UHGV virus genome: UHGV-1794847
Length of the DNA: 21,029 nt
Source: a virus
Direction: 5' to 3' (one strand)
Under the pieces are notes generated by a model. The model worked only from the letters and a program-made list of their open reading frames with translations. It was not told where the DNA came from and did not search any database. Below, piece by piece: positions 6,696 through 15,600 of this stretch (positions are counted from its first letter, which is position 1; every line of letters starts with the position of its first letter). A program made the translations under genes and the position numbers.

Positions 6696-8201
6696 TTACA
6701 ATTTGATTGCACCTCTACGAGCAAGCTCTTCTTCAATCAATCTAACATGATTGTTAGCATACCAAAATTGCAATTTTTTGTGATAATTGCGAATGTCGCC
6801 AAGCTGTTCTTGAGTTTCTTTATACATTGAAGGCTCTCTATTGTCATACAGACAATTATTGACAGACACAAAGTAATTTGGGTCTGCTTTGTAATGCTCG
6901 ATTTCATCAGGATTTGTCAAACGTCTAATAAAGTTGTCTGGTGAAATATTCGCCGAGCGCATACTTGACGGATACAACGAGTTTGCATCAACACAGACAA
7001 CCATACGAGCCCAATGGTTAAATGGCTGCTTAACAAAGCCGCCCTCAAATGAATGTACAACATTCTCCGGACCGCCTTGAGCGCATACAACTTTACCGCC
7101 ATATTTGTTGTACAAATATGTCATCATGACGCCCTCAGATTGCTTAACTGGTCCTTGACAGTGATTCATGTCAATATTTGTCATATTTGACAATGACATT
7201 ACATTTGATATCAAGTCAGTTTTTGCAGCAATCATCGCATTGACCATCGTATCGACAGCATTATATGCAATGAACGTGCATGGATGATACAAATACAGCT
7301 CTTTAAGTGTGCAATCATAGGGCAGCTTACCTACGCCAAACATACGATGTGCAATATAGTCAAGTCGCAATGACTCTTTTTGCCACACTGAATAGTCGTA
7401 TGTGTCCATGAGTTGCATGTAGTCATCAATGTACTTGTGATATGGCATGCCATTGCCCCAGACAGTTCTGCCAACTGGAGATGCCAATGCTAAATCAATA
7501 TTGTGCATTGCGCATCGATTTTTGATATAGATGCTATCGAAGCCATTGATGTTCCAACCTGTCAATGCAGGAATGTTTTTGAAGAGCTTAGTCACCCAAA
7601 AATGCAACAATTCATGCTCATTTGCATGTTGAAAGATTTTGACAGTCGGACGCTCTTTCAAATATGCAGCAAAGCAATGCTGACCCATGTACTCTTGAAT
7701 GATGTTATTGACAAACTCAAATGCATCGTCCAGTGTTGGGTTTTGTTTGCCACAGCTTTTGCGCAAATCATCGTCATTCAACAAGTCAACAGTTGTCTGA
7801 ATGACACAATTACATTGCTCATCACATGTACTTATTGCATTAATGGGCATTTCAGCTTTGTCAGGCTTTGGAAAGCCATTGCCAATTTCAGTCTCAATAT
7901 CGTAAAAGTACAACTTTGGTCTACGATAAGCAAACAATTCAGCTTTGTCAGCTTCAGGCAATTCAAATAAGAATTGCAGTAAGTCAAATTGATTGAATCG
8001 CTTTGCTGTAACTCGAGTTACTGGCAATTTGCGCCAATCTTGAATATCTGCATATTGCGGCTCTACATGGTCTGATATTTGCCATACTGGAAATTGATAT
8101 GGCTGTTCACAGACAGGATATGTTTTAATATCAATGCCACCTTGCTCATTAACGTATGAAACTTCAATGCCATGTGACAAATATGCTACATCGACAATCA
8201 T
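6696..8201 (-). CDS. Family-B DNA polymerase, N-terminal part (3'-5' exonuclease domain plus motif A)
   Basis: Exo I FYDIETE (about 7893..7901), Exo II-like WNINGFD, Exo III-like YNAVD, and motif A DANSLYPS verified at 6966..6989. Ends with TAA at 6696..6698 about 100 aa after motif A, before any motif B. Start set to ATG 8199..8201; the track's 8237 start is TTG. Confidence 0.9.
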   Translation of the reverse strand: MIVDVAYLSHGIEVSYVNEQGGIDIKTYPVCEQPYQFPVWQISDHVEPQYADIQDWRKLPVTRVTAKRFNQFDLLQFLFELPEADKAELFAYRRPKLYFYDIETEIGNGFPKPDKAEMPINAISTCDEQCNCVIQTTVDLLNDDDLRKSCGKQNPTLDDAFEFVNNIIQEYMGQHCFAAYLKERPTVKIFQHANEHELLHFWVTKLFKNIPALTGWNINGFDSIYIKNRCAMHNIDLALASPVGRTVWGNGMPYHKYIDDYMQLMDTYDYSVWQKESLRLDYIAHRMFGVGKLPYDCTLKELYLYHPCTFIAYNAVDTMVNAMIAAKTDLISNVMSLSNMTNIDMNHCQGPVKQSEGVMMTYLYNKYGGKVVCAQGGPENVVHSFEGGFVKQPFNHWARMVVCVDANSLYPSSMRSANISPDNFIRRLTNPDEIEHYKADPNYFVSVNNCLYDNREPSMYKETQEQLGDIRNYHKKLQFWYANNHVRLIEEELARRGAIKL

Positions 8202-8212
8202 ATTATTATCTT

Positions 8213-8623
8213 TTAGAATAGAGATATTGTACAACAATTTGATTCAGGTTGCCATTCTACAATATGCGCATCAAAGTGTTTGTTAAGCCAATGTGCAAGT
8301 ATGTGTCTATGACAAAATGCAGATGGTCTGCACCAGCATAACAGTACAATGTCTCGTTCACCAGCAAGAAGCTTTATGCGATGCAGCATCAAACTTATCT
8401 GTGACAATGCAGCGTCAAGTTTTGCAGTGTATTGCTCTGCATATTGTGCATTGTCAAGCAAGCCTACTTTATGCAAACGAACAAGTGACATGTAATCAGG
8501 CATGACGTCAGTCCATGTAAAATCTGCTATGAAGCCCTTAGGTTTTGTTGCAGATACTTGAACAAGAAATGCGTTATCAGGCAGATGCCTGCATGCATAA
8601 TATGAAGTCAAGATTCTTGTCAT
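8213..8623 (-). CDS. DUF488-like protein
   Basis: ATG at 8621..8623, overlapping the upstream stop as ATGA. C-terminal RDIVLLCWCRPSAFCHRHILAHWL resembles the conserved LLC..E....CHR.l.a..L block of DUF488 (YeaO-like) proteins, recalled from memory. Confidence 0.5.
   Translation of the reverse strand: MTRILTSYYACRHLPDNAFLVQVSATKPKGFIADFTWTDVMPDYMSLVRLHKVGLLDNAQYAEQYTAKLDAALSQISLMLHRIKLLAGERDIVLLCWCRPSAFCHRHILAHWLNKHFDAHIVEWQPESNCCTISLF
8225..8235 (-). promoter_or_regulatory. Conserved GTTGTACAATA element, 23 nt upstream of the polymerase N-part ATG
   Basis: Plus tattgtacaac at 8225..8235; same 11-mer as at 3449..3459 and 10317..10327. Confidence 0.35.
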
Positions 8624-9543
8624 TCTACAGTAATTGTTGCAAGTTTGTTAATTGGCTGTATGAACACATCAAAGCTTTTAACAGTGCCAAACGCATTTCG
8701 TTTAACTGCATATAACATTGTAGTGTTCACATCATGCTTTGCATAGCGAGTTTCAATGACTTGACTGATGTAGCCTTTTGAATCTCGAATGTATTCTATG
8801 CTTGTAGCAATTTTGTTTGCTTTGATAGAGTTTACTGTAATCAATGCGCCATTCTGACCATATGCATATTGCATTGTTGCTGTAGATGGCTTTGCAGCAT
8901 TCACACTTAACTGCTGAATGACTTGCATTTTGCGACCATGCGAATCATAGTAATATGTGAATGTGCATGGAAACTTGCCAACCAAACTGTTCAAATGACG
9001 CAACTGCTCATAATGATAGCTGAACTGCACTACACTACTATTAGATTCACAAATGCTGCTTGGTCTGTAGTAGCCATTGAAGCACCCATACTGAATTGTG
9101 TATGTTTCAAAATGACCTCTACGATACAAACTAAGCAAACTAAGCATAGTCGTAGCCTCATCAACATGCAAGAACTTGATGTCTGCGCATGCATTGCTCT
9201 TGGCATAATCAGCTGCATTCCACTTATCAACGACTTTCCAAGAGTAGCATTTGATGCTTTGATTGCGCTCATTGACAAAGTGTATGCCATTTGACTGCAC
9301 CTTTACAATGTCATAGCAATTCAAATGACCATTACTGTCAATGAATTTTTGCAGCCAGTTTAAGGCCATAATATTTGTTGCAAATGTCTGTGCAAATGCA
9401 ATTTGACCATCTGCAAATGCTGTTGTGTATGTCTTGTTCTTATCGTAGATTGGCAATGTTGCATCTGCATATGATGATGCTACAAATGCATAGCCAATCA
9501 CATTATTCTCAGAACTTAAATTAGAGTGTCTTAACTGTTCCAT
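8620..9543 (-). CDS. Hypothetical protein (307 aa)
   Basis: ATG at 9541..9543; long ORF with stop overlapping the next start; no recognisable motifs. Confidence 0.65.
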   Translation of the reverse strand: MEQLRHSNLSSENNVIGYAFVASSYADATLPIYDKNKTYTTAFADGQIAFAQTFATNIMALNWLQKFIDSNGHLNCYDIVKVQSNGIHFVNERNQSIKCYSWKVVDKWNAADYAKSNACADIKFLHVDEATTMLSLLSLYRRGHFETYTIQYGCFNGYYRPSSICESNSSVVQFSYHYEQLRHLNSLVGKFPCTFTYYYDSHGRKMQVIQQLSVNAAKPSTATMQYAYGQNGALITVNSIKANKIATSIEYIRDSKGYISQVIETRYAKHDVNTTMLYAVKRNAFGTVKSFDVFIQPINKLATITVE

Positions 9544-9752
9544 GTGTCATTATGCTTACGACGTTCAATTTCTGCCTCAACGTCATCAATGTCATGATTT
9601 ATTTGAGCAAGACGAATGTCATTGTCATACTCTTTAAGTAGCTGTTCAAACAAATCTTCTTTGAACTGCTTCAAACGTTCATTTGAAAATGCTCTTACGT
9701 TCATATCAAAGTCTACATTCTTTTTCAAGTTTCTTGTCATTGATGACAACAT
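9531..9752 (-). CDS. Hypothetical small charged protein (73 aa)
   Basis: ATG at 9750..9752 (alternative ATG at 9738..9740); overlaps the end of the upstream gene by 47 nt, so the start is uncertain. Confidence 0.4.
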   Translation of the reverse strand: MLSSMTRNLKKNVDFDMNVRAFSNERLKQFKEDLFEQLLKEYDNDIRLAQINHDIDDVEAEIERRKHNDTWNS

Positions 9753-10275
9753 TCAACAAATAGTTGACATGTTTGCATGAATGACGATACATAAAGCCTG
9801 GGCAATCACAATACGCTTGCATTGATTCAGGATATAACACAAGTACATGTGAATTGCCTCGTGAGCCAAAGACTTTGTACTTGACCGGTACTGTCGGCAA
9901 GCCAATCAAATTATTGACGTCTTGTGAATGTCTGATATTATGCAGCTGTTTAAGTGAAACCCAGTGTTCTGCGGCTTCAGTAGCAGACATCAAATTAATG
10001 CCAAATGCTTGTTTATATTGCTGTTTGCAAAACAACTGCCATTTGTGTGCATATACAGAGTTCTTTTGCAGCATCTCTTTATGCAACAAATACTCTTCAA
10101 TATATCTTGGCTGCCAACGAGTTGACCATGACGCAAATTCAGGCACAAACTGAATGTCTTCAAGAGTTGTGCCTGCTGGTACAGAATGCCAAGCATCACC
10201 TGTGCATACATAAGTGCCTGTTGTTGTTACAATTATTGCCGGATTACATTTGCCAATGATTTGAATCTTGTCCAT
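9706..10275 (-). CDS. Hypothetical protein with SWIM-like zinc-finger motif
   Basis: ATG at 10273..10275. C-terminal CDCPGFMYRHSCKH fits the C-x-C-x(n)-C-x-H SWIM pattern. Confidence 0.55.
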   Translation of the reverse strand: MDKIQIIGKCNPAIIVTTTGTYVCTGDAWHSVPAGTTLEDIQFVPEFASWSTRWQPRYIEEYLLHKEMLQKNSVYAHKWQLFCKQQYKQAFGINLMSATEAAEHWVSLKQLHNIRHSQDVNNLIGLPTVPVKYKVFGSRGNSHVLVLYPESMQAYCDCPGFMYRHSCKHVNYLLNVVINDKKLEKECRL

Positions 10276-10316
10276 CTTATTTATGATTTGATGTCTTGTA
10301 TTATATTATATGTTGA

Positions 10317-10327
10317 TATTGTACAAC
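10317..10327 (-). promoter_or_regulatory. Conserved GTTGTACAATA element, 41 nt upstream of the ATG of gene 9706..10275
   Basis: Plus tattgtacaac at 10317..10327, followed on the sense strand by ATATAATATAAT (A/T-rich). Confidence 0.35.
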
Positions 10328-10335
10328 GCTAAGTG

Positions 10336-10515
10336 TCATTTTGCACTGTCGTCATCAATTTTTATTGATGGCGCAGCAATCAATGCAAGCAAACACCAGT
10401 CACTTTTAGTAACTGCACAAGCAACTGCTATTGCAGCAAAGAAGCTTGCATAAATGATTGCTGCAGCAAGCCAACTTGTTTTATCGCTACATTTGTTGTT
10501 CGATGAGTTCTCCAT
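10336..10515 (-). CDS. Candidate small hydrophobic protein (59 aa), below the ORF-track length threshold
   Basis: Manual translation: ATG 10513..10515, TGA 10336..10338, giving MENSSNNKCSDKTSWLAAAIIYASFFAAIAVACAVTKSDWCLLALIAAPSIKIDDDSAK with one clear hydrophobic helix. Overlaps the 3' end of the upstream gene by 29 nt. Confidence 0.25.
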   Translation of the reverse strand: MENSSNNKCSDKTSWLAAAIIYASFFAAIAVACAVTKSDWCLLALIAAPSIKIDDDSAK

Positions 10516-10738
10516 TGATAATGTCTTGTCTAATGTACACGCCCTTTAACGTTGGGTGCTGCTTTATGAGTGTCATATGACCGATTATATGCACTTTGTG
10601 ATTTTTAGGCAACACAATGCCATGCTCAAATACAGCATGAGTGTCTGTAAATCGCAGCAATTTTACTGGAGGTGTAACACAATTGACAAAGTATAGTTTG
10701 CCAATTTGCGCATCTGCTGCTTTGATTTTGTCTTTCAT
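10487..10738 (-). CDS. Hypothetical protein (83 aa from ATG)
   Basis: The track start 10777 is TTG; ATG at 10736..10738 lies 2 nt after the stop of the upstream gene (10741..10743), consistent with tight packing. Confidence 0.45.
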   Translation of the reverse strand: MKDKIKAADAQIGKLYFVNCVTPPVKLLRFTDTHAVFEHGIVLPKNHKVHIIGHMTLIKQHPTLKGVYIRQDIINGELIEQQM

Positions 10739-10740
10739 TG

Positions 10741-11025
10741 TTATGCAATTTGAGTGCTGGCATATTTTACTAGCCAAGCATACACGTCATAGTGAAAAAT
10801 CTTCACATAATGCGGCATGCTAAAGCATTCACCACAACTGCAATGAGCATCAATGTTACCTGTAATGACATTGTACATTAGCCTAACGATTTCATATGAC
10901 TCAGAGCCCATTTGACAATGCTGCTTAATGTCAATTGTTCTGCCAAATCGTTTGCGAAACCATATAACAAGTTGTGCATACAAATCATCAATGTTTGATG
11001 TCATTGAGCAGTCTTTCATATGCAT
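10741..11025 (-). CDS. Hypothetical Cys/His-containing protein (94 aa)
   Basis: ATG at 11023..11025 (alternatives at 11019 and 11004); contains HCSCGECFSMPHY; overlaps the upstream gene end. Confidence 0.45.
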   Translation of the reverse strand: MHMKDCSMTSNIDDLYAQLVIWFRKRFGRTIDIKQHCQMGSESYEIVRLMYNVITGNIDAHCSCGECFSMPHYVKIFHYDVYAWLVKYASTQIA

Positions 11026-11491
11026 ACGGATAATCAGGATTTGTTAGCAAACGCTTAATAAACTGTTTGAGCTCAAATTTGCTGTCAAATGATTGAACTG
11101 CAGGCCTGCCAACAAATTTGAGATATTTGATTGCTTCTTTAGCAAATTTGCCTGCAGAATTACTGTCAAGCATTATGTATGACGTCAGAGTATCAATCAT
11201 AAAAATGCTTCGCCAACTTGGCGCGCCACAAATGACTTCTACTGCATTCCTGTTAGGAATGCGTCGTACACGTACATTAAGAATGGTCATCAAGTCATTC
11301 CAAGACGCATCTCTGCATGTACATGGCTGCAAATTCCACTGACGTGTCATATGACACCAATATAGAATTGTGTTTGCAGGCAATTCTGCTCGTTCAGCTT
11401 TGCTAAGCTTATGGCCATCTGCTGCATAGACTGCTTGTCTGCTAATTTGAACAGAGCTAAGCTTGCCTCGTTTGTGCGTAACTGCTACCAT
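10988..11491 (-). CDS. Hypothetical protein (167 aa)
   Basis: ATG at 11489..11491, overlapping the upstream stop by 7 nt; no motif recognised with confidence. Confidence 0.6.
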   Translation of the reverse strand: MVAVTHKRGKLSSVQISRQAVYAADGHKLSKAERAELPANTILYWCHMTRQWNLQPCTCRDASWNDLMTILNVRVRRIPNRNAVEVICGAPSWRSIFMIDTLTSYIMLDSNSAGKFAKEAIKYLKFVGRPAVQSFDSKFELKQFIKRLLTNPDYPYAYERLLNDIKH

Positions 11492-11883
11492 GTCTTTGCG
11501 TAGTTAATGAGCTGCTTAACATCAAAGAATGCAGGATTGTCGTACGCAGACTTGTTGTAGTCGAAGATGACACAAATGTTGTTGCCAAGTAATCTGCAGT
11601 TGCCATAGATTTTTGCAATCTTTGTGTTACGTTTCTTGTCAACGCAAATATTGATTGCTCGTACTTTCATGACATCAAGCCACTGACCAGTGTATTCATT
11701 CTGAACTGCAGATGGTTCACAAGTTGGCAATGCAAGCATATATGTCTTACCACTGTCAAGTCGTTCAATAACTTCGCCATGATATCGAGGCTCAAGAATG
11801 TTGATGCCATTGACATCAGGATTTGCTGTTCGTAATGCAACTTTCAATTCTTCTGTAGTTGCGTTGTAATTTATTCTGTACAT
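11485..11883 (-). CDS. Hypothetical protein (132 aa)
   Basis: ATG at 11881..11883; compact spacing with neighbours. Confidence 0.6.
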   Translation of the reverse strand: MYRINYNATTEELKVALRTANPDVNGINILEPRYHGEVIERLDSGKTYMLALPTCEPSAVQNEYTGQWLDVMKVRAINICVDKKRNTKIAKIYGNCRLLGNNICVIFDYNKSAYDNPAFFDVKQLINYAKTW

Positions 11884-11898
11884 ATCGATTGATATTTG

Positions 11899-12129
11899 TT
11901 ATTCGAAATCCGTGTCGTCTACATTTTCATTAGGGTCATAGATGAGCCATACAAATGCTGCACAGCCAAGTATGAATAAGCCTCCGCCAATGATTGTCGT
12001 AAAAACCGAACCAATCCAATGCTTCATAATATCACCGAGCGGATTCAATGTTTCATAGCCAATCATAAATGCAACAAATACAACTATTATTGCTGCTATT
12101 GCTTTGTTTGTTGTGTTTCGTTTTATCAT
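11899..12129 (-). CDS. Small membrane protein, two predicted TM helices, acidic C-terminus
   Basis: The track start 12210 is GTG; first ATG at 12127..12129 gives MIKRNTTNKAIAAIIVVFVAFMIGY...IGGGLFILGCAAFVWLIYDPNENVDDTDFE. Confidence 0.5.
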   Translation of the reverse strand: MIKRNTTNKAIAAIIVVFVAFMIGYETLNPLGDIMKHWIGSVFTTIIGGGLFILGCAAFVWLIYDPNENVDDTDFE

Positions 12130-12252
12130 TATTGTAGAGGTTTTAGTGTTCTGTATATTATGTTCGAATATATGAGGACATATATTATATATAGATATAT
12201 TACAACACACAAATCATTTTTGCACACTTTTATAAACCAAAATTTCACAAAA

Positions 12253-12561
12253 ATGCAAACACAAGAAGTTTTAACGGATGTCATTGACATGTCACAATCA
12301 GCTCGCAATTATGCGCTTGGCGCTGTATGTGACGCAGAAGAGCATGAAGATGCTGTTGAAGCAGTTATCGAAGATTACATGCAAGGCGCAAGAGAAATGT
12401 ACGTCAAGTTGACTACATTTGTCAATGTCAATGATGCAGTGCCTGCAAATAACTACCCAGTCATTGCAAAGCTTGCAAATGATTCATATACAATTGCAAC
12501 ATTTGAAAATGACATGTGGTCAGTTGACCATATTGTTGCGTGGCGCAAGTTGCACATTTAA
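12253..12561 (+). CDS. Small acidic protein (102 aa); only plus-strand gene in the window
   Basis: ATG at 12253..12255 after an AT-rich divergent intergenic region; TAA at 12559..12561 followed by a terminator. About 17 D/E versus 6 K/R. The track's longer 12019 start would translate the AT-rich intergenic region and the antisense of the neighbouring gene. Confidence 0.55.
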   Translation: MQTQEVLTDVIDMSQSARNYALGAVCDAEEHEDAVEAVIEDYMQGAREMYVKLTTFVNVNDAVPANNYPVIAKLANDSYTIATFENDMWSVDHIVAWRKLHI

Positions 12562-12575
12562 GATTATAGCACAAC

Positions 12576-12607
12576 AAAAAAGTCCGAGCATTGCTCGGAC
12601 TTTTTTG
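12576..12607. terminator. Bidirectional intrinsic terminator between convergent genes
   Basis: Stem agtccgag (12581..12588) / ctcggact (12594..12601) with 5-nt loop, flanked by A-run 12576..12580 and T-run 12601..12606, so it reads as hairpin plus U-run on both strands. Confidence 0.75.
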
Positions 12608-12622
12608 TTGTGCACTGATTGT

Positions 12623-15600
12623 CTATCGAACAATCGATGTAATTGATGCTACTGGTATCGTACCAATGATTGATGTAGTTGAGCGGAAGTCTGCATAGAC
12701 TTTAATGTCAAATGTGAACTCCTTGCCACCAATGTAGCATATGAAATTCATTGTTTTTGTGTATGACAACTTGTTTTGTTGAGTATTGCTGTCAATGTCA
12801 GATGAACCAACTGCATCAGTCATACGAGCCTGGAACAACAATGGTATCAGCAATGCATTGTTTTCACCAGGCTTAACTACATAAGCTGCAGAATCAGTAC
12901 TATTCGAAACTTGCATTTGATTGACTGTTGTCGGATTCAACAGCAAGAATGCGCCACGACTATTTGCGCCGACTGCATAGACGTCGTTGTCTGTGAATGC
13001 GCATTTAGGCGCGTTTTCTGCAGTAAGTTCAAGTGGCAGAATCTGCTGATACTTTGACTTAATAACTGAATTGAACTTAGCAAGCTCTGCAAATGCAGCA
13101 GTCAAAGCAGCTTTTGTTTGTTCATTCTTGTTTGCTGAGTATGCAATCCATGCTGGATGCTGAACAGACATCAGATTATATGCGTCTGGTGATACTGTCG
13201 ACTTCAATGCAATCGCTTCATAATCATCGTCATTCTTATGAACAAATTTGCGATTTGCTGCTTGTGCAGAAGTGTCAATGTTTTGTGTTTCTACAGTAGA
13301 CGATGATGGTGTTTCTGCAGCAACATACAGCTTTTCTGTGCCTGCTACGTTTTTCAAACCAGCATACAATGTTTGACCCATGTATTGACGAGTGCCATAC
13401 GGTGCTAAGATGTCATTGCTGTCATATGCATCGCTGTTAAGCACTACAGGCACGTCATAGACATCTGCAAAATCTTGTAGTTTGTCTGTAATATGCTGTG
13501 ATAAGTCGCCATGATATCGTGGATACAATGAGATGTTTTCTGCACCAATATTGTAGAACTTCAGCCAATATTGTCGAGTAAGCACTTTGCCATAGTTGTC
13601 TGCTGAAGTAATGTCAAACTTATCTGCATAAGTGCCAGCAAACAAAACATTGCTCGAGCCATTCAGAATTTCTGTTTGATTGCCCTCGTCATCTACGATT
13701 GCAACTCGAAGCATTGAACCTTGATTCAGAATGATGTCTTTGAGCTGCGCAACTTCATTGCTAAGTGACAGCAGTTTTTCATATGTTGTCACTTTTGCAA
13801 GTTCTGATGTGAAGAAGCCTGATGCAATGTTTTGAGCATTGTGAGCATAGTAGATGTTGTTTTCTGAGAATGCATCTGCAATATGCTTGATAAGTCCTTT
13901 GTTCTCAAGCATATTTTCAAGAGCCACATTTTGCTTATCAATTGCAAGTTCATCTTTAAGTGTGACGAACATTGCAGAAGCTGCAAGACTTTCTGGGAAC
14001 TGAATGCTTACGATGTTTGACCACTCAGACTCATTGAGCACGTTTGGATAGCCTGCTTCACCAATTGCTTTGACACGGAACTGAACAATCTCATTAGCAG
14101 AAATTGGAATTTCAAGCTGATTGCATGAGATTGCATCAATGGATTCTGAATTGATTGGTTCCCATTGAATGCTACCATCGACAATGATTTTGCGACGAAG
14201 TGGCGTAAATACTTCATTCCATGTGCTAAATGCTGCTGTCGTAATTGTGCCTGCTGCGTTTTCGATGTCAAATGTGTCTGCCTTTGCTACTGTGCCATTC
14301 AATGACGCATATCTGTACTGCACCTTGAACTGCACAATGTTTTGTGCAGCAGTAAATCTACTGATTGCGGGGTCTTGTACTGGCAAGAAGCCTCGAACTC
14401 TAAACTTCGGATTATATAATGCGTCATATGCAGCGCCATTGATATTCAGCATCTCATCAATGATATTTGTGAGTGTTTGCAGTCGTTCTGCTCTTTGCTG
14501 AGTCAACGTAACATATTGCGTAGATGCTTTTTGACGTTCAACGTCATTCTTGAAATTATTTGTATTGAGCTTTGACATCACAGATGCGATATCAGAGTCA
14601 AGTACCGACATTTCTTGCTGAACTGCTCGTTTTTGATTGTACAATGACAAAATTCGAGATTTGTCAGTGTTGTCAATCAAATGTGTGTTAAGCTGAATAA
14701 CTTTGAATGATTCTGCAGACAATTGCAAACGATTTGGCTTAATTGCATATTGCGATGGCGCAAGCATATCAGTAGTCAATGCTGCAATATAAGCGCCAAT
14801 TGATGCGTCGCCATGTGACAACATATACGAGTTTGCATTGACAAGCTCATTTGTTGCAGTACGAATTGTAAGTGTTGCAGTGTCAATCAAAACTGCTGGG
14901 CTGTACTGAGCTACTGTGTTATATGCATCATGCACAGGCGACAAGAACAACACGAATTTTTCAGAATGTCGAAGTGGTACTTCAACGACTTTTCGAACAA
15001 TGGGCTCTACAAAGACGAGGTCAGTGACTTCTACATTCAATGCATTCAAGCCTGCAGTACGCTGCAGTATACATGTTTGCGACAGTTTGTCAATCGAAAC
15101 AATTTGCAGTAATACTGAACCAGTCGGGTCTGATAATGTGTCACCGACTTTCAATGTCAGTGAACCGGCAACCTTTGCGTCAATTGCATCATATACAATG
15201 CTGTCAAGTTTGACAGCAATTGTGCCATTGTTCGCATTTTGCTTCTTGAGAATTTTGAAGCTGCCACTTGATGCTGCTCGTCGTGGTCGCAAATTAACTG
15301 TGAAGTCTTCAAGAGTATAGTCATCATCAGTATGCCAGCCATGCGCATCAATTTCAGCAAGCAATGCAGCATGGCTCATTTCAATGTCTGTTTGTGCCAC
15401 AATTTGCTGCAATGCAGCAAACATGGCATCTGAGCATATGTACTTTGTAACTTGACATTGTTTAAGATATGATGATGCTTGACCAGTCACATCAATTTGC
15501 ACATGCATACCAAGCGCTGTTGTGCGTTCAAACATATCATTGCCAAGTGCGACAACATTGTTATCTTCTGCTATCGTGCCCTGCAAAGTCTTCAATGTCT

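Noticed and set aside
7503-7970. Plus-strand ORF of 155 aa
   Set aside because: Antisense to the polymerase N-part, which carries verified exonuclease motifs and motif A; shadow ORF.
2136-8201. Intein or group I intron as the cause of the polymerase split
   Set aside because: The intervening 3.3 kb encodes five independent ORFs with their own starts and stops and contains a terminator; it is not a single in-frame insertion and shows no intron-like continuity.
12019-12252. Long N-terminal extension of the plus-strand ORF
   Set aside because: Would translate the AT-rich divergent intergenic region and the antisense of gene 11899..12129 (Cys/Tyr-rich low-complexity); the ATG at 12253 is preferred.
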